NCBI GenBank assembly: GCA_012514035.1
Contig: JAAZBB010000075.1
Span: forward strand, 876 to 64,875
From: Lentisphaerota bacterium
Lineage (GTDB): Bacteria; Verrucomicrobiota; Kiritimatiellia; CAIQIC01; Lenti-01
Length of the DNA stretch: 64,000 nucleotides
Reading direction: 5' to 3'
Made by a program: the position numbers and the translations under genes. This document shows positions 15,174 through 23,298 of the stretch, piece after piece. The number at the start of each line of letters is the position of its first letter. Position 1 is the stretch's first letter. The notes beneath the pieces were generated by a model. That model did no database searches, was not told where the DNA came from, and saw only the letters and a program-made list of their open reading frames with translations.

Positions 15174-18056
15174 CTAGCCTTTCACGGCGCCTTCGGTGAG
15201 GCCTTTGACGAAGAGTTTCATGGAGAAGGTGAAGAGGATGATGACGGGGATGGAGGCGATGGCATAGCCGGCCATGAGGGGGCCCCAGAGCTTGATGTAT
15301 TCGCCGGCCATGCGGATGAGCTGGACGGTGACGGGCAGGCGCGCCTGCTCGCGCATGACGATCAGCGGCATGACGAATTCGTTCCACTGGCCGAGGAACT
15401 GCATGACGGCGACGGTGCCCATGATGGGGCCGGAGAGGGGGATGACCACCATCTTGAGCTGCTGGAAGTGATTGGCCCCGTCGATTTCGGCGGCCTCGAA
15501 CAGGTCCTGCGGAATATCCGCGATGAAATTGCGGAACACGAAGATGGCGAAGGCCTGGCCGCCGGAGGCGCCGACCAGGATCAGGGCGGTCAACGTGTTC
15601 AGCAGGCTCAGGTCGCGCAGCAGGATGAACAGCGGGACGAGGTTGGCGATCATGGGCATCATCATCAGCAGCAGCAGTGCGTTCCAGAGGAACGAGGACA
15701 GCGGCACTTTCAGGCGCGCGAAGAAGTAGGCGCCGGCCAGGCCGAAGATGACGATGAGGAACGTGGCGGTGGTGGACAGGAAGATCGAGTTGGCGACGGT
15801 GGGCGACACCATGGCCCAGGCGGTGCTCCAATTTTCCCAGTGGGTGGGCTGGGTCAGGGTGGTGGGGTTCAGGTAGAACTGGTTGTTGTCCTTGAGCGAG
15901 ACAATCAGCATCAGGTAGAGCGGCAGAAAGGCGAAGGCCAGGACGAACCAGATGAAGGCGTGCTTGGAGAAGCGCAGGCCCCAATCGCCGATGGCGGAGG
16001 CAGATTTGTAAAGCGGCTGCTGCTGGAGGGCGAACGAGCGCGCCATGTACAGATCCCCCATGGATGGGAATCCCCCGGCTCTGAATTGGGTGAATTTCAG
16101 CAACCAATCGGCCCAAGGGACCGCGGCCAGGAAAATAATGGCGCCGCAGACGACATAAGGGAACGAACTGCCAATGGAGCCGATGGCAACCAGATGGAGC
16201 CCCAGCAATATCGCGGCCGATCGCAAGGGCTTGGTTGTCAGCATGCAGATGGCCATGGAGCCCATGGCGAGCCAACCGATAGAGGGCGAGAAATAGCTGC
16301 ATATGACCACCGCGGCGAAGAGCGCGATCAGCGGCTTTTTCAGCCGCTGAAGGGCGGTGATACGGGAGATGGCATACACCACGTACAGGATGGCGCATTC
16401 AACGAGGACCCATCCGAAATAGCGCAAGGCGAGCTTGGTGCCGGCCGTGCTGGAGAAAAGGAACTGCATCAACGGCCTCAGCAGACTGGCGGCGGCGAAC
16501 AATCCCAGAAGCACTAGATAAGGGACCCAGTTGTCGACGTTTGAATCCGGGCGTTTCAGGCAGCGGGCGAGATAGGCCTTGTTGATTTGCGCGGAAATCC
16601 GGCCCCACGGCGTGGCGAGAATGATGAAGACGACGCCGGAGACGATCAGGTTGAGGGAATTGCCGGCGACGCCGTACCCGATCAGGACGGCGCCGGCCGC
16701 GCCGATGGCGGTCTTGAACAGAGAGCTGGAGGCCATCAGCAGGAGAGCGGAACCGAACAGCAGCCAGCGGACGTCGGCGCCCTTGAGGACGGTGGACGCC
16801 ATCAGGGCGGCGGCGATCAGGATGAGGCCGTTGCGAAGCGCCGCGCCGAACTTGCGCAGTGCGACGGGCACGGAAACGAGCAGCGCCAGCTTGAGGACGA
16901 GGCCGCCGACGAACGCGGCGAAAATCGGCAGCGTGGCGGTCTTCGGCAACAGGTGGCCCTTGAAGAACAGGTAGGCTTCCGCGAAGGCGTAGAGCGCGAG
17001 GATGCCGAACCACGCGGACTTGCCGGGCTTGGCGCCGCTTTCGGATTCCGGCTGCAGGAGCATGTTGCAGATCTTCTGGAGCAGCAGCACGACGACGGTC
17101 AGCACGATGCCAACGGCGCAGGCGTAGCCCATTTGCTGGTCCATGAAGGCTTTCCGCAGCATGAACAGCGCCGGGACGGTGGCCCTGCCGCCGGGGCCGC
17201 CGGCGATGCCGGCCAGGGCCAGGATCATGCCGGCGTCCTTGATGGTGTCGATGATGGCAAACACGAGCAGCAGGTAGATCGAGCCCATCAGCAGGGGCAG
17301 TTCGATCTTGGTGAACCGGCTCCACCAGTTGGCGCCGTCGATGTCCGCGGCCTCGTAGACGTCCTTGGAGATGTTCTGCAGTTTGGCGAGGTGAGTGAGG
17401 ACGGCGAACGACCCGACCCAGGGGAAGCCCCAGACGACACAGGCGATGATGATGATCTTGGGATCGCCGAGCCACGCGGGGGAGGAGCCGGCCTTGAAGG
17501 CGGTGAGCCAGTCGAAGGACTCGAGGAAGGCCTTGGCGAGGCCGCCGAGGTTCGGATCGGCCAGCTTGGCGGAGACGTAGCTCCCGCCGTATTGCAGGAG
17601 CGTCATCAGCCCGGTCCAGTCGAGGAACTGGTTGAGGTAGCCGGCGGTGGCCTCGAAGAAGAACGAGCGCCAGATCAGCACCGTGATCAGGCCGGGAATC
17701 ACCATCGGCACGACGAACAGCGTGCGGTAGAAGAACTGCATTTTTTCCGACGTGCAGCGGTGGATGCAGACGGCCACCAGCAGCGCCGGGATCATCTTGA
17801 TCACGTTCCAGAAGCCCAGGATGAACGCCAGCTTGAACGAGTTCCAGAACTCGAGGTTCCTGAGCAGATCGACGTAGTTTTCGAGCCCGACGAATTCGGA
17901 GATGTCCGATCCATTCCAGCGGAACAGGGAGTGGAAGATGCCGGAGCTGGCGGGATAGTACTGGAACAGCCCGATCAGGATCAGGGTCGGGATGATGAAA
18001 AAGTAGATTTCCCAGTGATGCCGGAGCTGGTTGGGTTGGACGTCTTTAGGCTGCAT
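15174..18056 (-). CDS. Carbohydrate ABC transporter permease fusion: MalF/UgpA-like domain, then an inserted polytopic membrane domain of about 300 aa, then a MalG/UgpE-like domain
   Basis: N-terminal permease signature EAADIDGANWWSRFTKIELPLL. C-terminal permease signature EAAEIDGANHFQQLKMVVIPLSGP. About 10 hydrophobic helices of unknown family lie between them. 960 aa. Confidence 0.65.
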   Translation of the reverse strand: MQPKDVQPNQLRHHWEIYFFIIPTLILIGLFQYYPASSGIFHSLFRWNGSDISEFVGLENYVDLLRNLEFWNSFKLAFILGFWNVIKMIPALLVAVCIHRCTSEKMQFFYRTLFVVPMVIPGLITVLIWRSFFFEATAGYLNQFLDWTGLMTLLQYGGSYVSAKLADPNLGGLAKAFLESFDWLTAFKAGSSPAWLGDPKIIIIACVVWGFPWVGSFAVLTHLAKLQNISKDVYEAADIDGANWWSRFTKIELPLLMGSIYLLLVFAIIDTIKDAGMILALAGIAGGPGGRATVPALFMLRKAFMDQQMGYACAVGIVLTVVVLLLQKICNMLLQPESESGAKPGKSAWFGILALYAFAEAYLFFKGHLLPKTATLPIFAAFVGGLVLKLALLVSVPVALRKFGAALRNGLILIAAALMASTVLKGADVRWLLFGSALLLMASSSLFKTAIGAAGAVLIGYGVAGNSLNLIVSGVVFIILATPWGRISAQINKAYLARCLKRPDSNVDNWVPYLVLLGLFAAASLLRPLMQFLFSSTAGTKLALRYFGWVLVECAILYVVYAISRITALQRLKKPLIALFAAVVICSYFSPSIGWLAMGSMAICMLTTKPLRSAAILLGLHLVAIGSIGSSFPYVVCGAIIFLAAVPWADWLLKFTQFRAGGFPSMGDLYMARSFALQQQPLYKSASAIGDWGLRFSKHAFIWFVLAFAFLPLYLMLIVSLKDNNQFYLNPTTLTQPTHWENWSTAWAMVSPTVANSIFLSTTATFLIVIFGLAGAYFFARLKVPLSSFLWNALLLLMMMPMIANLVPLFILLRDLSLLNTLTALILVGASGGQAFAIFVFRNFIADIPQDLFEAAEIDGANHFQQLKMVVIPLSGPIMGTVAVMQFLGQWNEFVMPLIVMREQARLPVTVQLIRMAGEYIKLWGPLMAGYAIASIPVIILFTFSMKLFVKGLTEGAVKG

Positions 18057-18130
18057 GGAGAGGTCAGGGGTCAGAGTTCAGAGGACAGGATGGAGACGGC
18101 ACGCCCTCGTGCCGCGGAGTAGAAGGGATT

Positions 18131-18385
18131 CCATATCCAATCTCCAATATCCAATTTCCAACCATCAAGGGAACAGCCGCCCGACGAGGGCGGCGGGTCT
18201 CCCAAACGCGATGTGAAAAGTTTTCCACACTGTGGAAAAAAAGGCCGATTTTTTCCACACAATGGAAAAAATTTTCGGCAATTTTCCACACAATGGAAAA
18301 AATGTTTCCACGCCGCGGAAAACAGTCAGCGGGATCAGCCTGGATGATTGGATATTGGATATTGGACATTGGATATTGAGATCGG
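18131..18385. repeat. Intra-operon repeat structure. Inverted arms CCATATCCAATCTCCAATATCCAATTTCCAACC / GATTGGATATTGGATATTGGACATTGGATATTGAG flank about 3.5 tandem copies (30-31 bp period) of TTTTCCACAC-AATGGAAAAAA.
   Basis: Read directly from the sequence. The cores TTCCACACTGTGGAA, TTCCACACAATGGAA (x2) and TTCCACGCCGCGGAA are each an imperfect palindrome. The small ORFs 18064..18396, 18071..18289 and 18232..18459 are repeat-driven. Confidence 0.6.
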
Positions 18386-18392
18386 CATGCCC

Positions 18393-20153
18393 TCACGGCT
18401 TGGCCTCTTCGCGAATGCGCCGGCGGATTTTGGCGAGGACGTTGGAGGAATACTCGTAGGGGGCGACGAAGCCGGCGGGGAGCTGGTCGCGCTTCACGAG
18501 GTCCATCTGGCGGGCGTGGTTGAGTTCGCCCCAGATCTGGCGGGAGGCGGTGATGGCGCGGTAGCGGACCCAGGCGGATTCCGCCTCGCGAGCGGCGGCG
18601 GCCTGGGCGGCGGGGGTCGGGGCGGCAGCGGCGGCCTGATCGGCCAGGATGGCCTGGCCGCGGATGCCGGCGAGGAACTGCTCGTTGCGCTGCATGCCGC
18701 GCCGCCAGTCGCGCTGCTGCTCCAGGAAGTCCTTGAGTCCTTCCCGGAGGTAGTATTGGGTGTAGCGTTCGGCGAATTTCGCGAAGGAGAGCTGATTGAC
18801 CTGGTAGAGGGAATAGATCTGCGCCCAGGTGACGGCGGTGTTGCCGCCGAGGGTGAAATTGGCGTTGCCGTAGATGCCTTCGAGGTGCGGCTCGAAGGCT
18901 TGCAAGAGCGGATCGAGCCGGCAGCCGGTGATGGCCGGGATCCAGCCGATGATGCCGTTGAGCTTTTCGTTGCCCGGTTGCGAGGCGAGGAAGAGCAGGA
19001 AATCGACGGCGACCTCGGGATGCTTGGAGGTGCGGGTGACGCCGAACTGGAATCCGCCGCTGGGGGATTCGTAGATGCGGCCTTCGACCACCCCGCCGTA
19101 GACCGGATCGTCGGCGGCCGGGATCGGGAAGTCCATGATGCCGACCTCGAACTGGCCTTTGGCCTGTTCCTGCAGGGAGCGGGCGTCCCAGGTGCCGGTG
19201 GTCATGAAGACGGCGCGCTGCTGGGCGAAGAGAAAGACGGCTTCATCGCGTCCCAGGCCGGTGTAGCCGGTCTGGAAGTAGTCGGTGACTTCCCGGAGCA
19301 TTTTGAGCCAGAGGGCGTAGGGCGGGTAGTGGAAATCCAGCAGGCCGGTCTTGAAGGCGACGAAGGTTTCGTCGTTGCCGACAAAGGCGTCGCGGTTGAA
19401 ATCCGCGCGGCGGTAAACGCCATAGGTGACGGGCATGAACATCATGTTGTCCCAGTGCTGAAAGTGGTATTGCGAGCCGGCGATGGGGATGAAGGGCTGG
19501 CCGGTGACCGGATTGGGGGTGTGGCGGATCTGTTCGCAGACGGCCAGGAATTCGCGGTAGTCGCGGGGGGCCTCGGTGCGGCCGGTGATCTGCTTCAGCA
19601 GGTCCCGGTTGTAGAAGATGCGCACGCCGAAAAGCGAGAGGGGCACGGACATGTATTGCTGCATTTCCGTGATGTAGGCGGTTTTCATGCCGTCCTTGTA
19701 GGTCCGGCGCAACGGCACGCCGGCGAGGTCCGTGCCGGCATTGTGGGGATTGGGGGCATTGACATGGCGGGAAAGGGGGGTGAAATAGCGGTTGTAGTAC
19801 GAGAGCCAGATGTTGGGCGGCAGCATCGCCCCCACCTGCAGGATATCCGGCGCCGTGCCGCCCATCAGTTGGGTGCTGACCCACTGCCCATAGGTGTTTT
19901 CCGGGATCGCATCCTGGATGACGATCACGTTGGGGTGGGTCTTCTGGTACTCGCGCGCCATTTCGTCGATGCCTTCGCGCACGCTGGCTTCGAGCTGCCA
20001 GTGGCCGAGGCGGATGACGACCGCGCCGGGCGGCGTTTGCTGCGCCCGGTAGGTGGCAATGACCCATGCGGACCAGAGGAAGACGGCGAAGACCACCAGC
20101 AGCGCGAAGTAGGTGCGGAGGAAAGCGAACGCGGATTGGAGGAATTTCGGCAT
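18393..20153 (-). CDS. Extracellular solute-binding protein (ABC transporter, family 1, sugar-type) with N-terminal TM anchor
   Basis: N-terminal helix FAFLRTYFALLVVFAVFLWSAWVIA. Large periplasmic domain typical of type 1 SBPs. Start is 2 nt after the upstream TPR gene stop. Confidence 0.65.
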   Translation of the reverse strand: MPKFLQSAFAFLRTYFALLVVFAVFLWSAWVIATYRAQQTPPGAVVIRLGHWQLEASVREGIDEMAREYQKTHPNVIVIQDAIPENTYGQWVSTQLMGGTAPDILQVGAMLPPNIWLSYYNRYFTPLSRHVNAPNPHNAGTDLAGVPLRRTYKDGMKTAYITEMQQYMSVPLSLFGVRIFYNRDLLKQITGRTEAPRDYREFLAVCEQIRHTPNPVTGQPFIPIAGSQYHFQHWDNMMFMPVTYGVYRRADFNRDAFVGNDETFVAFKTGLLDFHYPPYALWLKMLREVTDYFQTGYTGLGRDEAVFLFAQQRAVFMTTGTWDARSLQEQAKGQFEVGIMDFPIPAADDPVYGGVVEGRIYESPSGGFQFGVTRTSKHPEVAVDFLLFLASQPGNEKLNGIIGWIPAITGCRLDPLLQAFEPHLEGIYGNANFTLGGNTAVTWAQIYSLYQVNQLSFAKFAERYTQYYLREGLKDFLEQQRDWRRGMQRNEQFLAGIRGQAILADQAAAAAPTPAAQAAAAREAESAWVRYRAITASRQIWGELNHARQMDLVKRDQLPAGFVAPYEYSSNVLAKIRRRIREEAKP

Positions 20154-20155
20154 GG

Positions 20156-21043
20156 CTAGAGGCCTTCCTCAGCGCGAATTTTCGCCTCCAGGGCATCCAT
20201 GCGCTTCAGCGCCTGTTTGCAACCGTGGACCCGGATGTCCGTGGGGTATTTCTCGAGCAGGAGGGCGTAGTAGCGGCGGGCGAGGTCGAAGTCGCCGACC
20301 TCGAACTCGGCGATGGTGGCCAGGTTCCAGTAGGCCCAGGCGAATTCAAGGAAAGGGTCGGACGGGTCCACTTCGGTGGTTTCAAAGGCCCGTTGCTCGG
20401 CCTCGAAGCGTTGCTCATGCTGGCCGAGAGTCTGATAGCCCACGGCCAGCAGCGACCAGGCCGGGCTGACGAATTCCTGGTTTTCGCGGGCCGCGAATTC
20501 CCGCAGGCGGGCGATGGCCGTCCGGGTGGAGGCGGGTTCGAGTTTGGCCAATTGGATGCTTTGGAGATAGAGGAACGCCTCCAGGGCGGCCAGATGCCCG
20601 GGAAAATCCGCCATGAGGCGCGCATAGGCCTGGGTGACGGCGGCGTAGTCAGGCTCCTGGCCGACGGGCACAAGATGCTGCTGGCGGGCCAGGGCCAGGC
20701 GGGTCCAGGGGACCATCGGGCTGCCGGGCGCAGTGGCGAGGATTTCGTGGTAAAGCGCGGTGGCGGTCTTGGGATCCTCGCCGGGCCGGCGCAGGTCCCA
20801 GGTGGTCGCCAGGCCATAGGTGGCCATGGCCCACGTGTCGGATCCGGATTCGGCGCTGGTCCGGGCGGTGGCAAACGCCCGCGCGGCGTTGTGGAATTCA
20901 CTGAGGCGATACGCCGTCCAGCCCGCGTCGATCAGCGCCGCGGCATCGCCGGTCTGCCCGCCGGTCCGGCCGCAGGCGGCCAGGCTCAACACCAGCAGCC
21001 CGGCCAGCCCTCGGGTCCAGCGCTGTGTTGTCCGATTCGTCAT
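20156..21043 (-). CDS. TPR-repeat lipoprotein
   Basis: Internal Met (MTNRTTQRW) of ORF 20156..21247. Lipobox LVLSLAAC. Helical TPR-like repeats. The stop codon is 2 nt from the SBP start. Confidence 0.55.
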   Translation of the reverse strand: MTNRTTQRWTRGLAGLLVLSLAACGRTGGQTGDAAALIDAGWTAYRLSEFHNAARAFATARTSAESGSDTWAMATYGLATTWDLRRPGEDPKTATALYHEILATAPGSPMVPWTRLALARQQHLVPVGQEPDYAAVTQAYARLMADFPGHLAALEAFLYLQSIQLAKLEPASTRTAIARLREFAARENQEFVSPAWSLLAVGYQTLGQHEQRFEAEQRAFETTEVDPSDPFLEFAWAYWNLATIAEFEVGDFDLARRYYALLLEKYPTDIRVHGCKQALKRMDALEAKIRAEEGL

Positions 21044-21210
21044 GATGACATCCTGGGTGTGCGCGATGCCCACACGGGCCAAGCCGCCTGTTCGGGAAGG
21101 ATATGGCAGAACCGACGGCGGTTCGCCAGCAAATTCCGGCCCCGGGCCCGGCCCAGGCCGGGCGGATTTTGGGATTGAGGAAGCCCGCGGCCCGGAATAG
21201 GATGCCCTCC

Positions 21211-21861
21211 ATGAACACATTCCATCGGATCGGCATGGGCGCGGCATTGGTGGCCGTGTTGAGCGGCTGCGCCAGCCTGAACTACAAGATGCAGGAAAAG
21301 TTCCTGGGGCGGGAGAAACGCGACATCCTGGTGGCGCGCGTCGGCAAGGCCCGCGACGCCCAGCAGGACACGCAGGAAGTCTTCAAGGACGCGCTGGAGC
21401 AGTTCGGTTCGGTGGTGAAGTTCGCCGGCGGCGACCTGCAGAAGCAATACAACAAGCTGTCCGCCGAGCTGGCGCGCTGCGAAGGCCGCGCCGAGGCCGT
21501 GCACACCCGCATCAGCGAGGTGGACCGCGTGGCGCGCGACCTGTTCAAGGAGTGGGCGGGCGAGGCCCGGCAGTTCCAGAATGTCGAGTTCCGGCGCGAC
21601 AGCGAGGCCAAGCTGCGCGAAACCCAGCGCAAGTACGACCAGATGCTCGCCGCGATGCAAAACGCGGAAGCGAAGATCGAACCGGTCCTGTCCGTCTTTC
21701 GCGACCAGGTGCTCTATCTGAAACACAATTTAAACGCCCGGGCGCTGGCCGCGCTGCAGGACGAATCGGCGAAGATCGAAATGGACGTGAACGCCCTGCT
21801 CAAGGACCTGTCGTCCGCCATCGCCGAGGCCGACCGCTTCATTGAAACGATGGTGGACTAG
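21211..21861 (+). CDS. DUF2959-like coiled-coil lipoprotein
   Basis: Signal and lipobox MNTFHRIGMGAALVAVLSGC. Highly charged helical body. An alternative start is at 21202. Confidence 0.5.
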   Translation: MNTFHRIGMGAALVAVLSGCASLNYKMQEKFLGREKRDILVARVGKARDAQQDTQEVFKDALEQFGSVVKFAGGDLQKQYNKLSAELARCEGRAEAVHTRISEVDRVARDLFKEWAGEARQFQNVEFRRDSEAKLRETQRKYDQMLAAMQNAEAKIEPVLSVFRDQVLYLKHNLNARALAALQDESAKIEMDVNALLKDLSSAIAEADRFIETMVD

Positions 21862-21945
21862 CCGCGCCGGGCGGGATGCCATGTCCCGGCCATGGCCTGT
21901 CCCCCCCCGATCCCGCGCCCTCCGGCAATTCCAGGAGCAAGTGAC

Positions 21946-23250
21946 ATGAGCCATTCCCCTCTTCTTGACCGCATCGAAGCGCGCGAGGCGCGCCTGGCCA
22001 TCATCGGCCTGGGCTATGTCGGTCTGCCGCTGGCCGTGGAGTTCGGCAAGCATTTCGACGTGGCGGGTTTCGACATCAGCACGCGGCGCCTGGAGGAACT
22101 GCGGGCCGGGCGCGACCGCACGCTGGAGACCACGGTCGAGGAGCTCCGGCGGGCCCGGCGGCTGTCCTTCACGAACCGGATCGGGGATTTGAAGGAAGTC
22201 GATGTCTTCATCGTGACGGTGCCGACGCCGATCGATCGTCACAAGCGCCCGGATCTGACGCCGCTGGTCAAGGCGAGTGAAACCGTCGGCCAGGCCCTCA
22301 AGCCCGGCGCCATCGTGGTCTATGAAAGCACGGTCTATCCCGGCTGCACCGAGGAGGATTGCGTGCCCATCCTGGAAAAGTTCAGCGGCTTGAAGTTCAA
22401 CCGCGACTTTTTCTGCGGCTACAGCCCGGAGCGCATCAACCCGGGCGACAAGGTGCACACGGTGACGAAGATCAAGAAGGTCACCTCCGGCTCCACGCCC
22501 GAGGCCGGGCAGGCCGTGGACGCCCTGTACCGTACGATCATCGCGGCCGGCACGCATCTGGCGCCCAGCATTGCCGTGGCCGAGGCCGCGAAGGTCATCG
22601 AAAATTCGCAGCGCGACATCAACATCGCCTTCGTCAACGAGCTGTCGCTGATCTTCGAGCGCATGGGGATCGACACGCAGGCCGTCTTGGAAGCGGCGGG
22701 CACGAAATGGAACTTCCTGCCGTTCCGGCCGGGGCTGGTGGGCGGACACTGCATCGGCGTCGATCCGTACTACCTGACCCATAAGGCGCAGGCCCTGGGC
22801 TATCATCCGGAGATCATCCTGGCGGGACGGCGGCTGAACGACAACATGGGGGCCCACGTGGCCAGCCGCGTCGTCAAGCTGCTGATCCAAAAGGGGCATC
22901 GCGTCCGGGACACGAAAATCCTTGTGCTGGGCATCACGTTCAAGGAAAACTGTCCCGACATCCGCAACTCGCACGTGGTGGATGTGATCCGGGAGCTGCA
23001 GGATTTCGGCTGCGATCTGGCCGTCTTCGATCCCTGGGCCGACGCGGAAGAAGTCCGTCAGGAATACGGATTGGACCTGCTGCCGGCGCTGGCGGAGGAC
23101 GATCCCTTCGGTGGTTACGATGCCGTGGTTCTGGCCGTGGCCCACGACAAGTTCAAGGACCTGGATTTTGTCCGGGCCGGCCGATCGGACGTGGTTTTGT
23201 TCGACATCAAGGGGCTGCTGCCCTGGGAACAAGTGGACGGCCGGCTGTAG
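21946..23250 (+). CDS. UDP-N-acetyl-D-glucosamine/galactosamine 6-dehydrogenase family (TviB/WbpA-like nucleotide-sugar dehydrogenase)
   Basis: AGGAG is 8 nt upstream of the ATG. IAIIGLGYVGLPLA Rossmann motif. GGHCIGVDPYYL catalytic-Cys motif. 434 aa. Confidence 0.75.
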   Translation: MSHSPLLDRIEAREARLAIIGLGYVGLPLAVEFGKHFDVAGFDISTRRLEELRAGRDRTLETTVEELRRARRLSFTNRIGDLKEVDVFIVTVPTPIDRHKRPDLTPLVKASETVGQALKPGAIVVYESTVYPGCTEEDCVPILEKFSGLKFNRDFFCGYSPERINPGDKVHTVTKIKKVTSGSTPEAGQAVDALYRTIIAAGTHLAPSIAVAEAAKVIENSQRDINIAFVNELSLIFERMGIDTQAVLEAAGTKWNFLPFRPGLVGGHCIGVDPYYLTHKAQALGYHPEIILAGRRLNDNMGAHVASRVVKLLIQKGHRVRDTKILVLGITFKENCPDIRNSHVVDVIRELQDFGCDLAVFDPWADAEEVRQEYGLDLLPALAEDDPFGGYDAVVLAVAHDKFKDLDFVRAGRSDVVLFDIKGLLPWEQVDGRL

Positions 23251-23298
23251 CAGAGCGGCCGCCGCGGGCGGAGCAACGGACATCCAAGAGGATCCATC

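Noticed and set aside
18181-18330. Possible CRISPR array suggested by regularly spaced TTCCACA...TGGAA repeats
   Set aside because: There are only about 3.5 units of about 31 bp. The repeat is AT-rich and palindromic at 15 bp with essentially no unique spacers. No cas genes are nearby. The units are flanked by a separate inverted repeat. This fits an operator array or structured intercistronic element, not CRISPR.
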